DNA from: Cirrosporium novae-zelandiae
Lineage: Eukaryota
Assembly: GCA_026023565.1 (NCBI GenBank)
Contig: JAPETS010000010.1
Coordinates: forward strand, 62,001-126,000
Direction: 5' to 3'
Length of the DNA: 64,000 bases
Numbering within the stretch: position 1 is the stretch's first letter; the number at the start of each line of letters is the position of its first letter. The notes beneath the pieces were generated by a model. That model was not told the origin of the DNA. It saw only the letters and a program-made list of their open reading frames with translations, and ran no database searches. Shown one piece after another: positions 40,002 to 53,595 of this stretch. The position numbers and the translations under genes are program-made.

Positions 40002-41504
40002 TTTAGACAATTATCAGATAGCGCTTATCGATACGACATCAAGTCATTATGAGTTGGTTGATTGTGAAAACTCTGACTTTCTTTTTACCTATTTACCATG
40101 ATATCTGTCCAGTAATTTTGAGAAAACAAATATCTAATTTATCTATTCAAGTGTTGTAACCACCAAACACTCACACAACAAACATACACGTCCAAGTCCA
40201 ACGGTTCAAATGTTTTTGATCCCCACCCAGTCAAACCTTCAGTACCTCCCATGCCTCTTACAGGTTGCTTGCTAATAGAGTTCACGGCCCGTTGTCAGCA
40301 TCAGAGTATATCAAACATTCAATACAAAGGAATGAGAATGCTGTATATTTACAGCAATCCGTTGGAGGCGGGTGACACCGTCAATAATTTGATTAATTTG
40401 TTGAAAAAAAGGTTCAACCTCGTAAAAAAACAAAACAAAACAGGCTCAAACCATGGCCCCCGATGGGTCCGAAACAACATCAGGCGAGAATCAGGAGAGC
40501 GGCTAAAGGCGAAGCTTTGAAAGGTCTAGTAAGGTGGTAGATGAGCGGCGGTGACAGCCTTTGATGGATCCAGGAATGGGTTGGTTGGATTGAAAGAATG
40601 TTTTATATATCTCGGAAGCTGTACGAATAATGAAAGAACGAATATTTGGGATTACATGTTCGAATTGGTACCAAAAATAAATGATGATGATGCATGAAGC
40701 TGGCTGCATGCAATAAAGAGGATGCCTGGGATGAGTTGGTGATGGGGGGGATTCAGCTCTACCGTTCGGCCATTAGCAAAGCCACAAAAATCGGGTCTCG
40801 GAGCCACCCAGAGGTTGAGAGGCTCAGACAAGCCACATTTGAAGTTTGATGGAATAATTAATTTCCTCTGAATCCTTCCATCCATGATCCACTGTTCAAA
40901 ATAACATCGAGATTTCAATTATTTTAATTTTTGATATGAGGGGGTGAATACTGTATACACAGCAATAATATCAGCGATTACGAAGCTAGAATCAATGTTT
41001 TGTGATGTTGGTGTGTCATTGGAGCCATCCAGACCAAAGGAGGGGTATGAACATGAGGGCAACGAGGTCAATGAGAGGTGAATAAGCCCTACAATCAGCA
41101 ACCAACCCCTCTACCCTTAATAAGGCTTCAAGATGAAGAAAGCATGAATAAACAAGACAATCAGCTTGAAGAATGAAGATATAGAAATGCGAGTACTGTT
41201 TATCAAGTGAAAATGCTACATCGATGAAGCCAATGATAACTATGAACTATGACAGCATGTTCCTTCATGTCCCTCAATCCATCGAGTATCTAGTACAAGT
41301 GACGTATATTTTGAATAATCTTGATTAATCTTGATATCACCATCTTTCTTCTCACTCTACAGAGCACATGGCATTCCTTATAACCAACATGGTCACTATT
41401 ATTTCCTACTTTATTACTCTATTTTCAGTCCTCTCTTCAAACCAAGCTCCAACAAAATAGCAGTCTTCAAAGCAGAGTGACTTTCATGTCCAATACCCTT
41501 CAAC

Positions 41505-44115
41505 ATGCCAGGCGAAATCATTGATCAACCAAATCCACCTCCAAAGCCCTCTCATCTTCCAGAAGAGGTTTTGGCCTTGACTATTAAACCTGAAAAGGCC
41601 AAACTTGATGAGAAAACCTCCCATGGCCTGCAAGCCTTTCGCCGCGCAGCTAATTATATTGCTGCTGGTATGTAATTGAATGTCGATTGAGATAGTAATA
41701 ACTAATCTATTTGGCCGAACAGCCATGATCTTTCTTCACGATAATGTCCTGGTTGAACGTGATCTTAAATCTGACGATATCAAACCTCGACTACTTGGTA
41801 TAGGCAGCAACAACCACACATACTCTGAATCCTAGCTAACTTGGAACAGGACATTGGGGAACTTGTCCAGGTATAACCTTGGTCTATGCCCACATCAACC
41901 TTTTGGTTAAGAAGCATGACCTGAAAATGATTTACGTTGTTGGACCTGGCCACGGAGCACCAGCTATTCTTTCTTCTCTCTGGATCGAAGGCTCCATGGA
42001 ACGCTTTTACCCACAATATGCTCGCAACAAAAAGGGCCTTTATAACCTTATATCCGGCTTTAGTACTCCATCAGGATTCCCTTCGCATATCAATGCCGAA
42101 ACCCCCGGTGCAATTCACGAAGGTGGTGAACTGGGGTATGCTCTCGCCGTTGCTTTTGGTGCAGTAATGGATAAGCCAGATCAAATTGTTACTGCTATTA
42201 TTGGCGACGGTGAAGCTGAATCTGGTCCAACTGCTGCAGCATGGCATGCAATCAAATACATTGATCCCAAGGAATCTGGTGCCGTCATTCCAGTCCTCCA
42301 CGTTAATGGATTCAAGATCTCTGAACGGACCATTTATGGTTGTATGGATGATAAAGAAATTACTGCTTTATTTACCGGTTACGGCTATAAGTGCTGTATT
42401 GTTGAAGATCTCAAAAATATCGATGCCGAGATGGCTGCCGCCATGGAATGGGCCCTATCCGAGATCAAGACGATCCAACAAGCAGCTCGCAGCGGAAAGC
42501 CAATCATGAAACCGAGATGGCCCATGATAGTTCTAAGAACACCAAAGGTACGTCGAGATATAATTTAATCCATCCTTGAAAATGACAAAGTGACTCATCT
42601 TCTATGTAGGGTTGGGGAGGTCCCAAAAAAGTTCGTGGAGAGTTGGTCGAGGGCTCATTCCATTCCCATCAAGTTCCTCTGCCTGCAGCCAGAACAGACA
42701 AGGAAGAGCTGAAGATGCTTCAAGAATGGCTTCTTTCCTATAACCCCAGGGAGCTCTTCGACAGGGATGGCTCTGTCAATGAACATGTCCTTGAGACGGT
42801 CCCTAGGGGCAAGCTCATGTTAGGCCAGCAACTTGAAACGTACGGAAACTATGAACCGCTCGAAGTGCCTGACTTCCAGTCCTTTGGTGTGAAGAAAGGC
42901 ACCCTAGCCAGCTGCATGCAAACGTGTGGAGAACTCCTAGATGCAACTCTCGTGGCCAACCCCACTAGCCTCCGCATCTTCTCCCCCGATGAACTCGTCA
43001 GCAACAAGCTCGATGCTGTATTCCGCCACACAGGCCGCAACTTCCAATGGGACCAATACTCATTCGCATCCGGCGGGCGGGTCATCGAAATCCTATCCGA
43101 GCACACCTGTCAAGGGTTCCTACAAGGCTACACAATGACAGGCCGCACAGGGCTCTTCCCATCGTACGAGTCATTCCTAGGGATCATCGACACGATGGTG
43201 ATCCAATTCAGCAAGTTTGCAAAACTAGCACGCGAAACCACATGGAGGAAGCCCATCGCATCGTTGAACTACATCGAAACCAGCACCTGGACGCGCCAGG
43301 ACCACAACGGCTTCTCGCACCAAAACCCAGCTTTCATCGGTCGGGTTCTGAACCTCAAGCCCGAAGCCGCTCGAGTCTACTTACCCCCAGACGCAAACAC
43401 CTTCGTCAGCACCCTCGCTCACTGTCTACGCTCTAAGGGCTACGTAAACTTAATGGTAGGCTCCAAAGCCCCAAGCCCGGTCTACCTATCCCCCTCGGAA
43501 GCAGAATCCCACTGCAAAGCCGGAGCCTCGATCTGGAAATTCGCCTCCACAGACTCCGGCTATGACCCGGACGTCGTCATTGTCGGTGTCGGATGCGAAG
43601 TGACCTTTGAAGTCGTAGCTGCAGCGGCCTACCTCCGAGCAAAGGCACCCCACATCCGCATACGCGTGGTCAACGTTACAGACCTAATGATCCTCCAACA
43701 CGACGGGGCACATCCGCACGCCCTCAAACCAGACGACTGGGACGCCCTCTTCACGCCCGACAAACCCGTCCACTTCAACTACCATGGCTACGCCCACGAA
43801 CTCCAGGGCCTGATTTTCGGCCGCGACAACCTCAATCGTGTGTCCATTGAGGCGTACCGCGAAGAGGGTACTACCACCACCCCGTTCGACATGATGATTC
43901 GGAACCATGTCAGTCGGTTCCATGTTGCCGAGGCGGCCGTCAAGGGCGCCGCGCAGAGGAACGACAAGGTTCGAATGGAGCGCCAGGAACTGCTGACGGG
44001 GATTCGACATGAGATTTCTAAGACTAGGGAGTATATTTTGAAACATGGGAATGATCCGGAGGGGACGTATGACGTTCCTGATTTCAAGGAGGTAGGGGTT
44101 CAAACAAGCAAGTAG
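41505..44115 (+). CDS. xfp: Xylulose-5-phosphate/fructose-6-phosphate phosphoketolase
   Basis: MPGEIIDQPNP start; KPRLL-GHWGTCPG; GPGHGAPA; TPGAIHEGGELGYAL; GDGEAESG (ThDP motif); RTPK-GWGGP; HSHQVP; SEHTCQG; RQDHNGFSHQNP; three introns. Confidence 0.98.
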
Positions 44116-44480
44116 GAGTCGGGAAATGGGAAAAGCAAAAGCGAGTAAAAAGCAATCAGGGAAGGGAAAAAGTTCTGAATCAATTAATGGATTAACTAAT
44201 CAAATGAACAAGACGAGTTTTACAAACCAAAGGCCGAAAGTACATCAGAACAAAAATAGGAATATCCATCTCTAAATGTCCCCGTTAAACATAATATCTA
44301 GCCGTCACAAATATGAACCCCTCGACTCGACTCCATTCCAAACCCATCTCATCATATTATCATTACCATCTCACCATCTCACCATCTCACGCGCAGAACC
44401 ACACGCGCATACACACAAAGTCACCATAATACCCACATGCCTCCTCCTCCTCCTCCCCCCCCTCTCGTCTTCTTCTTAAC

Positions 44481-44574
44481 CAGTGAAGGGAATCGACCAG
44501 ACCAGACCAGAATCGACCGACTAGACCGAGGGGGGTTGGCCTAGTCGGTTTATTCTAGTCTATTCCCTTTCCCA
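44481..44574. mobile_element. 94-bp hAT-type MITE copy
   Basis: CAGTGAAGGGAATCGACCAGA...TCTAGTCTATTCCCTTTCCCA; exact 8-bp direct repeat TTCTTAAC at 44473-44480 and 44575-44582. Confidence 0.85.
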
Positions 44575-45470
44575 TTCTTAACGACGTTCCTTTTTCTCTA
44601 TATACCTCTACTCGAATACATATTCATACCTCCCCTTCTCCCCCCCCCCTTACTTCCCACACCTTCCACATTTTCCCACCATGTCCAAAAAAAAGATACA
44701 AAACCGAGAATCTATAATCAAAGCTTAAAAGAGCTAGCCTACCATATTAATATTCTTCTCTCTCCCTTCTCTCTCTCTCTTGATAATTCATTCGCTTATC
44801 CATCTATCCATACATAATATAATTAATACCCTCATATACTTACCTACCTACCTAAATCAGTTAGGTTATTCTTTCTTTCCTCCTCGCTTACGATAAGTTA
44901 CAAAGAAGTGTCGCAATTCAAAAAAACAATATCGCTTCTTCCAAGCGAAACTCTTTTTTCATATTTTTTTCCACTTGGGTAATTTGATTTGATTAATTAT
45001 GTAGGTAGCTGGTTGGTTGATTGGTTTAGTGCTTACATTATTTACTTAGTTATTTGAGAAAGGGCAGTCGGGCCTTGGATCAAGGTGGTGATGCCACTTT
45101 TACTTTCACTTTCACTTTACTCCCACGTCTTTTATATATCTATGTACTTATATATAATTACATGTATGTATATATATAAGTAAAGGGAACCTTTTGCTAT
45201 TTTAAAAGGTTCGTTTCTTTTTTTTTTTAAATTATAAGATGGCTGGAGTAATGAATATAAATATATAACTACTTATGTAGATAATATATTGGACGTTCCT
45301 ATACCCCGGACCGCCCGACCACCAGTCCCGTCCCGTCCCCACGATTCCGCGACACCCACCTTCAAACTCAATTCCGTCATCGCTGATATTCCCCCACACC
45401 CTCCAAAAAAACCAAAAAAAAAAAAAACGAAACCTCAAACCCACCACCATCAACCACACAAACCACAACC

Positions 45471-46241
45471 ATGTCCACCCCTTCCCCCCCAATAACCCCC
45501 CGCACCACCTTCACAATCGACACCGTAACGATCCTCTCCCTCCTCTCCTTCGTCCTCCTAATCCTAATCGCCCACACCACTTCCACCGTCCTCCTCCCCG
45601 CAAAAACCACCCCCTTCAAAACCCGACTCCTATACCTCTGGCACGCTCTCGACGGCTTGTGTCATCTAACAATCGAAGCCTCCTGGCTCTACAACTGCTT
45701 CTTCATCTACCATTCTCTACCGCCCCCCGACCCCGCCTGCGGGGCCCACTCCTCCGCCGTCACTCCTCCCAATGTTTATTTCCTGAATCGCCCCGATCGG
45801 CTTTATGGACCTGCGTATGGCGATGGCGCCACGGCGCTATTGTGGCAGGAATACGCAAAAGCTGATAAACGATGGGGCGGATCCGACCTCTCCCTTATAT
45901 CCCTCGAAATCCTAACAGCCGCCATCGCCGGCCCGGGGGCCCTCTTCATTTGCTACCTCCTAGTAAAATCCAAAGGCCAGGCATTTCAAAACAGCGCAAC
46001 ATTATGGTTCACAGCAGTAGTGGTAGCATGGGGAGAGATTTATGGAAGTTTCATTACATTTGCACCCGAGTGGTTGAGTGGGAGTCCCAATTTGGATACG
46101 AGTAATTGGATGTATATGTGGTTGTATTTGACGTTTTTTAATGGGTTGTGGATTCTTTTTCCGGGGTGGGTACTTTGGGAGGCGTGGAGTGCCATGGGGG
46201 TGGCGTTTGGGGCGAGGGGGGAGGGGAAGAAGGTTGTTTGA
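45471..46241 (+). CDS. Emopamil-binding-protein-like (EXPERA domain) membrane protein
   Basis: LWHALDGLCHLTIE; LWQEYAKADKRW; ISLEILT; EIYGSFITFAPEW; WLYLTFFNGLWILFP; single exon. Confidence 0.9.
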   Translation: MSTPSPPITPRTTFTIDTVTILSLLSFVLLILIAHTTSTVLLPAKTTPFKTRLLYLWHALDGLCHLTIEASWLYNCFFIYHSLPPPDPACGAHSSAVTPPNVYFLNRPDRLYGPAYGDGATALLWQEYAKADKRWGGSDLSLISLEILTAAIAGPGALFICYLLVKSKGQAFQNSATLWFTAVVVAWGEIYGSFITFAPEWLSGSPNLDTSNWMYMWLYLTFFNGLWILFPGWVLWEAWSAMGVAFGARGEGKKVV

Positions 46242-47708
46242 GGTGTTGTATGCTTCTGGGAGGGAGGGTGCTATGGATGGATGGATAATATGGTAGAAGG
46301 TAGGTTACGGATTATATCACCATGGCCTATATCCGCCATAACCTACCTACCTATTCATATATCCTATTCATATATGCCCGCCCCTCCCCCCTTTCCATAC
46401 GTACAGTACATCCATCCATCCATCCACCCATCCACACATACATACTTATGCGACACAAAATAAAATAAGATGAGATGAAACAATACCAATTGGGATATAA
46501 AAGTCACCACAATCCACTCCAATGTCAATGTCAATATCTCACAAAAGAAAAAAACAGCAAAATCCATAATTCACGACATAACATCTGGATGTCTAGATAT
46601 AGGTCTTTATGGTAGGCATTATCTATGAATCTATTTATTATACACCGACGCATAGATTAGATTAGATTATACTGACACACACGCAAACATATATATACTT
46701 AGATAAATAGATAGGGAAGACGTAGACGTAAATGTTTAATATTGATATTGATGTACTAAACCCCCCCTATCAAATCCAATCCAATCCAATCCCAATCCCA
46801 ATCCCAATCCAACACCCATAATCCTAATCCGACATAACTCACATCCACACCCACCCACCAATCCAGTATCTAATCAGTAATCAGTATCTAATCAATAATG
46901 ACTATCTAGACTATCTTACCCAGCATCCAAATTCTCTAAAAAAAAAAAAAGAGAACACCTAGATAAACCCTCTACTATAGTTTAAGATACCTCTTGTATA
47001 ACAAAGTTAACTAAATTAGTAGGGTGTTAAAAGAGCTAATATCTTTATATTATTGTTATTATTATGAATTTTTAGGAATTTTTATGATCCGGCTTAACTA
47101 TCTACCTACCTACCTACCTACCGTATGTCACAGGTTGGTTAAGGTACATTACTCTGGAGAATTGTTTATTGTTATTATTGTTGTTATTATTATTATTATT
47201 ATGGTCCAAGTCAGACGAGATGAGACCGGACCAGACAGGCTAATGGTTATGGTTATATCCTGGCACTGAGATTGAGATTGGGATTATAGAGCTGGATAAT
47301 TATCCTGCCCTCTCTACTAGCGAATTACATAGGACTAGTGGGATATCTAGATACCCCACGGGTGAAGAATCTGCAAAAAAGAAAAGAAAAAAAGGGATAG
47401 AAGTAGTTCAGATAATTATCATTGCAATTTCACCCCCGAGCCCTAATTAATTCAATTCATAACAGCCCTAGGTTCATGATGGATATTTATTTCAATGCGT
47501 TAAAAAAACCCTTTCCTCGTTCTCCCCCCATCCATGGTTAATTCATTATATAAAATCAAAGGTTTTTTTAAAGAGGCTTTGGTACCAGGTCATTAAAAGC
47601 GTGAAAAGTCATGATAAAACCAATTTCCTTTCCTTTCTTTTCTTTTCTTTTCCTTGTCCATGTCTCTCTTTCTCGCTCGCTCTCTGGATTAGTTAACTCG
47701 TCAATGCA

Positions 47709-50509
47709 CTACTCGGTAGAAACAACCCTGACATAATTTCCCGGAAATAGTCCCTTCGCTCCAGCATAAACCCCCCAGTACCAGTCATGGTTTAGATCTT
47801 CCACTTCCTTGATCTCGGCCCCCTTTGGAAATAACAACTCGTCCTTCACCCCAGCGGCGGGATAGTAACTCCAAAGCGCCAATACACGCATGCCGACCCC
47901 ACCATCCGGGGGAAACCGCATTGTCATGGGCATGCCATCCACATTGGTAGGAGAGTTGGATGTACTATGGTTTTTGGATACGGTTCGAGAGTGACGAGGC
48001 CCGTTTGGTGTTTCCCGCCATGCCCATTCCATCGTGTCTCGGCTCGCTGGGCCATCGTCTTTTAGAGCTAGACCGCCTACCATGTCCTTGACAATCAATC
48101 GCTTTTGCCCGACATCGTGGTCTTCGAAACCTACGACCACCATACGGTGATTTTTTAGACAGCGCCGCCAGCCGTTGGGGCCGTTGACTTTAGATATTCT
48201 CCCACTAGTGACAAGCTTTAGGTAGCATGTGCTGCAGATGTCGTAGTTGCCGTCGTTGCAGCTATTACAATGATAGCGAGTGTTGGAGGGAGGGATTGGA
48301 TAGTGACAAATATTGCAATCGGTAGAGAATGTGAGGGGTTTATAAGGCCCGTTTGTAGCATCGATAGTGTTGGGACCACGAAATACGGAGGCAGCGCTGG
48401 GAGAAGGGTTTGTTGTGGGAGTGGGGAAAGTGGGCCGAGACTTTATGGTGGATATGTGAGCAATAGGTAGAAGTGGATGGGTGCAGCAGCGTCCTTGGTT
48501 TACGCAGTCATTACAAAAGCCCCAGGACCCTTCATTGCATTGGGAGCAGGACCAGAAACATTCATTAACAAAGGACTGACAGATGTCGCAGAATTTTCCG
48601 GATTGGAGACGTTTTTTAGGATCATCGGCGGTCATGAGTTGATTGGTTTCGGCTGTGCTAGGTTGAATTGACCCATCTTTTGGATTGAGATAGCACTGCC
48701 CTGTCAATGTATGTGGTGGAGGGTGGTCTTGCGGATATCCTTCAGGAGGAGCCTGTCTCTGGTACCGAAGCCAGGCCGTGTTCTCAAATCCATACCAGTG
48801 AAGACAACCACGGCCGAGACGGTAACACTTTGAGCAAATATTATAATCCCCCTTGTTACAAACGGAACAATTTTCATGAACCTCATGTTCAATGTGTGGT
48901 TTGCCACATCTTTTACAAGAGATAGACGGTTCGGGGAATAATGTAAGTTGGCGCTGTATAGATGGTATATCCGGTGAAGAGTGCATACCGCTTGGTGATT
49001 CTGTTTGTGCGGGTTCCATATCTGGTGACGATCTATTGGAGACCTGAGTCGGGGTCTCACTGGTTCGTGGTCCAACATCGGACGACGAAGACTCAATGGG
49101 GTCATTTATATGCAAGGGAGCAAGATTTGGAGTGGAACTGGCTAAAGGAGATTGGGTGTTGGGCCGACTGTTGGACCGATTTCGATGAGCTGCTCTGGTA
49201 CCATCCGAGGCCCCTCTTCTCCAGAGCTCGTTGGCTCTACGTCGGTCCGGGTCTGTAGCGCTCCTGTTCTCTGAACCACGTCTCTGCTCACTTCGAGACA
49301 TTTGTGATGAGTGTGGCCTGTTTGAAAGATCTGTCACTGATCTTGCTCCTTGACGACCAGACCCTATGGATGATCGTCTTCCGGTTGAACCGGGAACTGG
49401 AGATGTTTGGCGGCGATTATCACTGTTAGCTCTCCGTCTGTTATTTGCGCTCATATTTGAGGCATCAAGAAGATGGGGACGCGACAAGGGTGGGTGACGA
49501 GCCTCCGAGGACCCAGATGCAGCACTTCTCGACCTACTATGCCTAGGTCGGGGAGAGAGCTGTGCATCTGTTGATTCCTGGGAATGGGATGATTGTTGGG
49601 ATGCAGACCGAGTACTAGATTGTTGTCTTTCATGGCCTGTGCCTCTTCGTCTATGTCGGCGACGATAAGCATCTGCGATTCTTTCGCTGAGTTCATCCTC
49701 TTGGGTGATGTCTAATTCATCGAGATCAATTCCATCTAGCAAGCCCTCGTCTAGTATCTGTCTCAGAATTTCCTCTTCTATCTCTGTAGGGTCGGCATCC
49801 GAGGAACTTAGGAGTGAACGCAGACTCGATTGATGTTCTATCTGCCTCAATGGTGCTTGTATCACGGGTATATTTAAATTACCGTTTTCTGAATCTTCTC
49901 CATGCCTTCTTCTCCTTCTCCCCTCAGAATTATGTCGTGACCGATGCGATCCCTCCCCGTTATCAGGGCCATGACTCCTACTCCTATGACTCGAGTGTGG
50001 CCTTCGGGTTCGATGGGTTGATTCCAAGAGACTTCTTTGTCGAACCTCCTCTAATATTCTTTCGTCCTCGGCATTGCTATTTCGCCGCCTCCTTCGCTCA
50101 ATCTTTGGTAGAACGTTATCTCCGGGCTTATAAGTTTTTTCAATTTCGGCTTTCTCTTGATCCGTCTTTCCTTTATCCGGGTTCGCCTGTAAATACATGT
50201 CCAAGAGAGTTGTAACCGTAGCATTTGGTCTGGTTTCGCGCACGGTGGCTCGGCATGATGGGCAGCTGAATGGATGCGACGACCGTGGATTGGCTGCTTG
50301 CCAAGAGAACCATTCCCTCAGGCAATACCCGCAAAAAGTGTGCAAACAATCAAGGAGAGTAAGAGGTTGATATAGAACATCTGTACAAATCTGAAACAGC
50401 ATCAGCATGAATACCGCCTTTCCGTCAAGGCCATCTCCGATGAAATACTTACGGAGCAAGTCAGTTCTTTCTCCAGGTCCAGTAGACCTGATTTCTGTCC
50501 TTCCGCCAT
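47709..50509 (-). CDS. RING-finger (CHFR-like) + multiple ZZ-type zinc fingers + C-terminal SH3 protein; probable E3 ligase
   Basis: MAEGQKSGLLDLEKELTCS-intron-ICTDVLYQPLTLLDCLHTFCGYC...CPSCR; CxxC..CxxCxxGxYxICxxC repeats; ALWSY....DELLFPKGAEI....DWYWG...KGLFPGNYV. Confidence 0.9.
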
Positions 50510-51146
50510 AGAGTATAGCAAACAGGAGCGACGAGGTTTTCACAATCCTCGCATCGTCTCAATGATGACATGCAGAACCCTCGGAATCCGGTGTATGACA
50601 GTCACGGGACCCTTGTATGTAACGAGGATTTGAGGATTTTCGCTTACTTCTAGAAATAATTATTCTCGAGTAATAAAATCGTCATTTGAAGCTATTTAAG
50701 ACTAATTGACTCCGAATGGTGATTATTGGATTGACCTGATGGAGATGGACTTCATAAGACACGACATTATGGTTTGCCGCGAGGGAAGATGAGTGGGGTA
50801 AGTTTCAGTTGCGAGAGGTATTTGGTCTTGGGGCTTAAGGGAAGTTTGATTCTTTCCCTTTTGAATTATTCAATATACAGATGATAAACTATAATCGACA
50901 TAAGTAGATAGACTCCAAGGTTATATTTAACATTCCCCGGATTGTGCCTCCAGAATCACACATTGGATGACAATGTTACGAATTCCAATTTTAGATTCAT
51001 TGGCCCTAGCAACCGCACTAGACCCCATTCGGATAGACGTTTATATCAAACACTTCCAAATAATTGAGTAAACCATCCTCACCCCAAACCACAATAGATA
51101 ATAGTTTTTTGATAATTTCTTTTTTGCATTGGCACTGGGCTACAAG

Positions 51147-53125
51147 ATGGCTATTCGAAGGTACGGAAGGAGAACCAGGCAAAACCCTCTCCATGTATTC
51201 CGAGATGCTTCGTCGCAAGAACCAAGTTTGGAGGACATAACTAAAGGTCTTGGGGAGGTGCATATCACTACTGCAGAGCCTTCTATTCTACATACATCTA
51301 GCCCAAAGAAAGTATTAGCAGCGGTTAATATTGACGTGACAAAATCCCAAAGGAAAACAAGGCGCAAAGCCAGTGAATGCACTGAAGAAGCTGAAAACAA
51401 GGTGGTAAAGGTCGAGAATGAAGAAAAAGATAAAATAGATGAGAAAAGTGAAGAGCCAAGTGAAAAGTTTCAGGAAGAAGTTGAGAAGAGAACCGAGACG
51501 AAGGTTACAAGAAAGACCAAGAAAGATACCAAAGCAAGTGTCAAAAACAATATTAAGGAGAAAGAGTCAGGAGATCGGGTTGGGGAAGCGGAAGATAGAG
51601 TCGAACCAGAACCCAAGAAGAAGGCCAAAATTCCAATTCAGACAACTAGACAACTTCGCCATCAACAAGATACAAATACCGAGTTGGCTGCCCCTGACTA
51701 TGTCCTCCAATTACTTCCGCTGTCCTCTATATCATCTCAACATGGCGGAAAGGATTCTCCAAATACGACACCTACGATTCCAACTTTTCAATCTTGGGCT
51801 GATGAGCTATGCCGTTCATATTCTATTGAAAAAATGGCTGAAGGATCATTTGGAGAAGTCTACGAAGTATCACCATTATCAAAAAGAAAGGGAAACCGGG
51901 CAAAACTTGAAAAGGTAGTCTTCAAGATCATGCCAATTCGTCCACCTTCAGGAATCGGGTCCCGAAAGTTTGCATCACCTGCTGTTGTAGTCTCGGAGGT
52001 CGAGATGCTGAGGCGCCTTGACCCTGTGCCTGGGTTTTCACGTTTTCGAGAATTGTTTGTACTCTGTGGTGCATACCCAGATCAATTCAAAGAAGCATGG
52101 AAGAAGCATAAGAAGAGAGGAGGAAGATCTGATTTCGGAGATCCTACAAGGGCTACATCATACCCGCCGAATCAAATATGGGCAGTTGTGGAAATGGGAC
52201 ATGCAGGTAACTTCCTTGGGTCTATCAAAACGCTTGATACGTTTAGTCGATGGGATATCTTTTGGAGTGTTGCAATTGCTTTAGCGAAGGCTGAGGCAGT
52301 AGCAGAATTTGAGGTAAGAATCCCACTTGCTCCCAGTGCCTACTCATATTAATACATATTCATTAGCATCGGGATCTTCATGAAGACAATGTCTGTTTCC
52401 GGTCCATTGGAGGTGTAATAAATGATCCCGACATCAAAGAATTAAAGCGTCTAGGAAGAGGTATCTTTGGTCATAGTGGTTTAAGAGTCACAGTGATTGA
52501 TTATACCCTTTCAAGAGCTATTATGGAAGATGAAGAAAATGGACATCGGGTGGCCTTTAATGATCTCGACAAAGAAAAGGGTCTATTTAGCAACCCGACA
52601 GATGATATGCAACGGCAAACATATAACCAGTGAGTCTCCCGCATCTCAAGATTATTTAGGTTATTTATACTTATGGGTATAATTAGGATGCGTAACTTGC
52701 TCTACAACGATGACCCATGTGAAGACATTTGGGAGCCATTTCAAACGAAAGAGAGCAAGTGGGATCAATATATGCCAAGGACAAATGTATTCTGGCTATT
52801 CTATCTCTCTCAGGAGTTACGCAAGCGTGCAGAAGGGAAATTTGCAAAATCTACAAAATCCAAGTCAAAATCTTCGAAAAGGCCACTGCTTGGTGATCTT
52901 TCTGGTGATAGTAGGTTCAAACCGGTTGAAGAAGGGATTTTATCACTTCCAGAACTCTTAGATGAGATTATGCGAAAACTCGAAAAGACCATGGAACCAC
53001 GGTTGAAGGGATCCAAGACCATACAATTTGATAGTGCTATTGGAGTAGTTGAACATGGCATTGCACAAGGGTGGCTAACTGAAGGCGACGTGGAATGGCT
53101 GGAAGCTCATCAAGGTGATGACTGA
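51147..53125 (+). CDS. Haspin-family Ser/Thr kinase
   Basis: KMAEGSFGEVY; VFKIMP; ALAKAEAVAEFE-HRDLHEDN; VTVIDYTLSR; QRQTY..MR; W..YMPRTNVFWLFYL. Confidence 0.92.
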
Positions 53126-53595
53126 TAATTCCAAGGATTTGATAATCATCTTGCTTAATTTTTTTTTAATTTTATCAACATGGGCGGATGATGGGAATAT
53201 TTGAATATGATTGCATAGCGCATAGCAAGGCGTTTGGGTTTAATGTTCTTTATTGGCTTGCTGTGGTAGGGCTTTAGGCATTCCGGATATTAAAACTTAA
53301 CGTTGTGCCTTATCTTTGTTAGGCCTATGAGCATCAAGATAAGATAATCGTAGACGACATCATCAACCTCCGGATCCATCCAAGGTCCGCGTGCTGCTTC
53401 CACGCGATCTTCCAACAATTCCTATCCTATCCTGCTTATCCACTTGCTTCCCAACCATTTATCATCATTCCTGTACTTCAGTACAATGCCTTTTAAATCT
53501 AATATATTTCCTGATTAAACATTCTGCGAAATCCCCTCTTCCTTCAAAAACAATATTGAAGCTGAGATGCTCCTGAAACAACCCATCTTCATATC

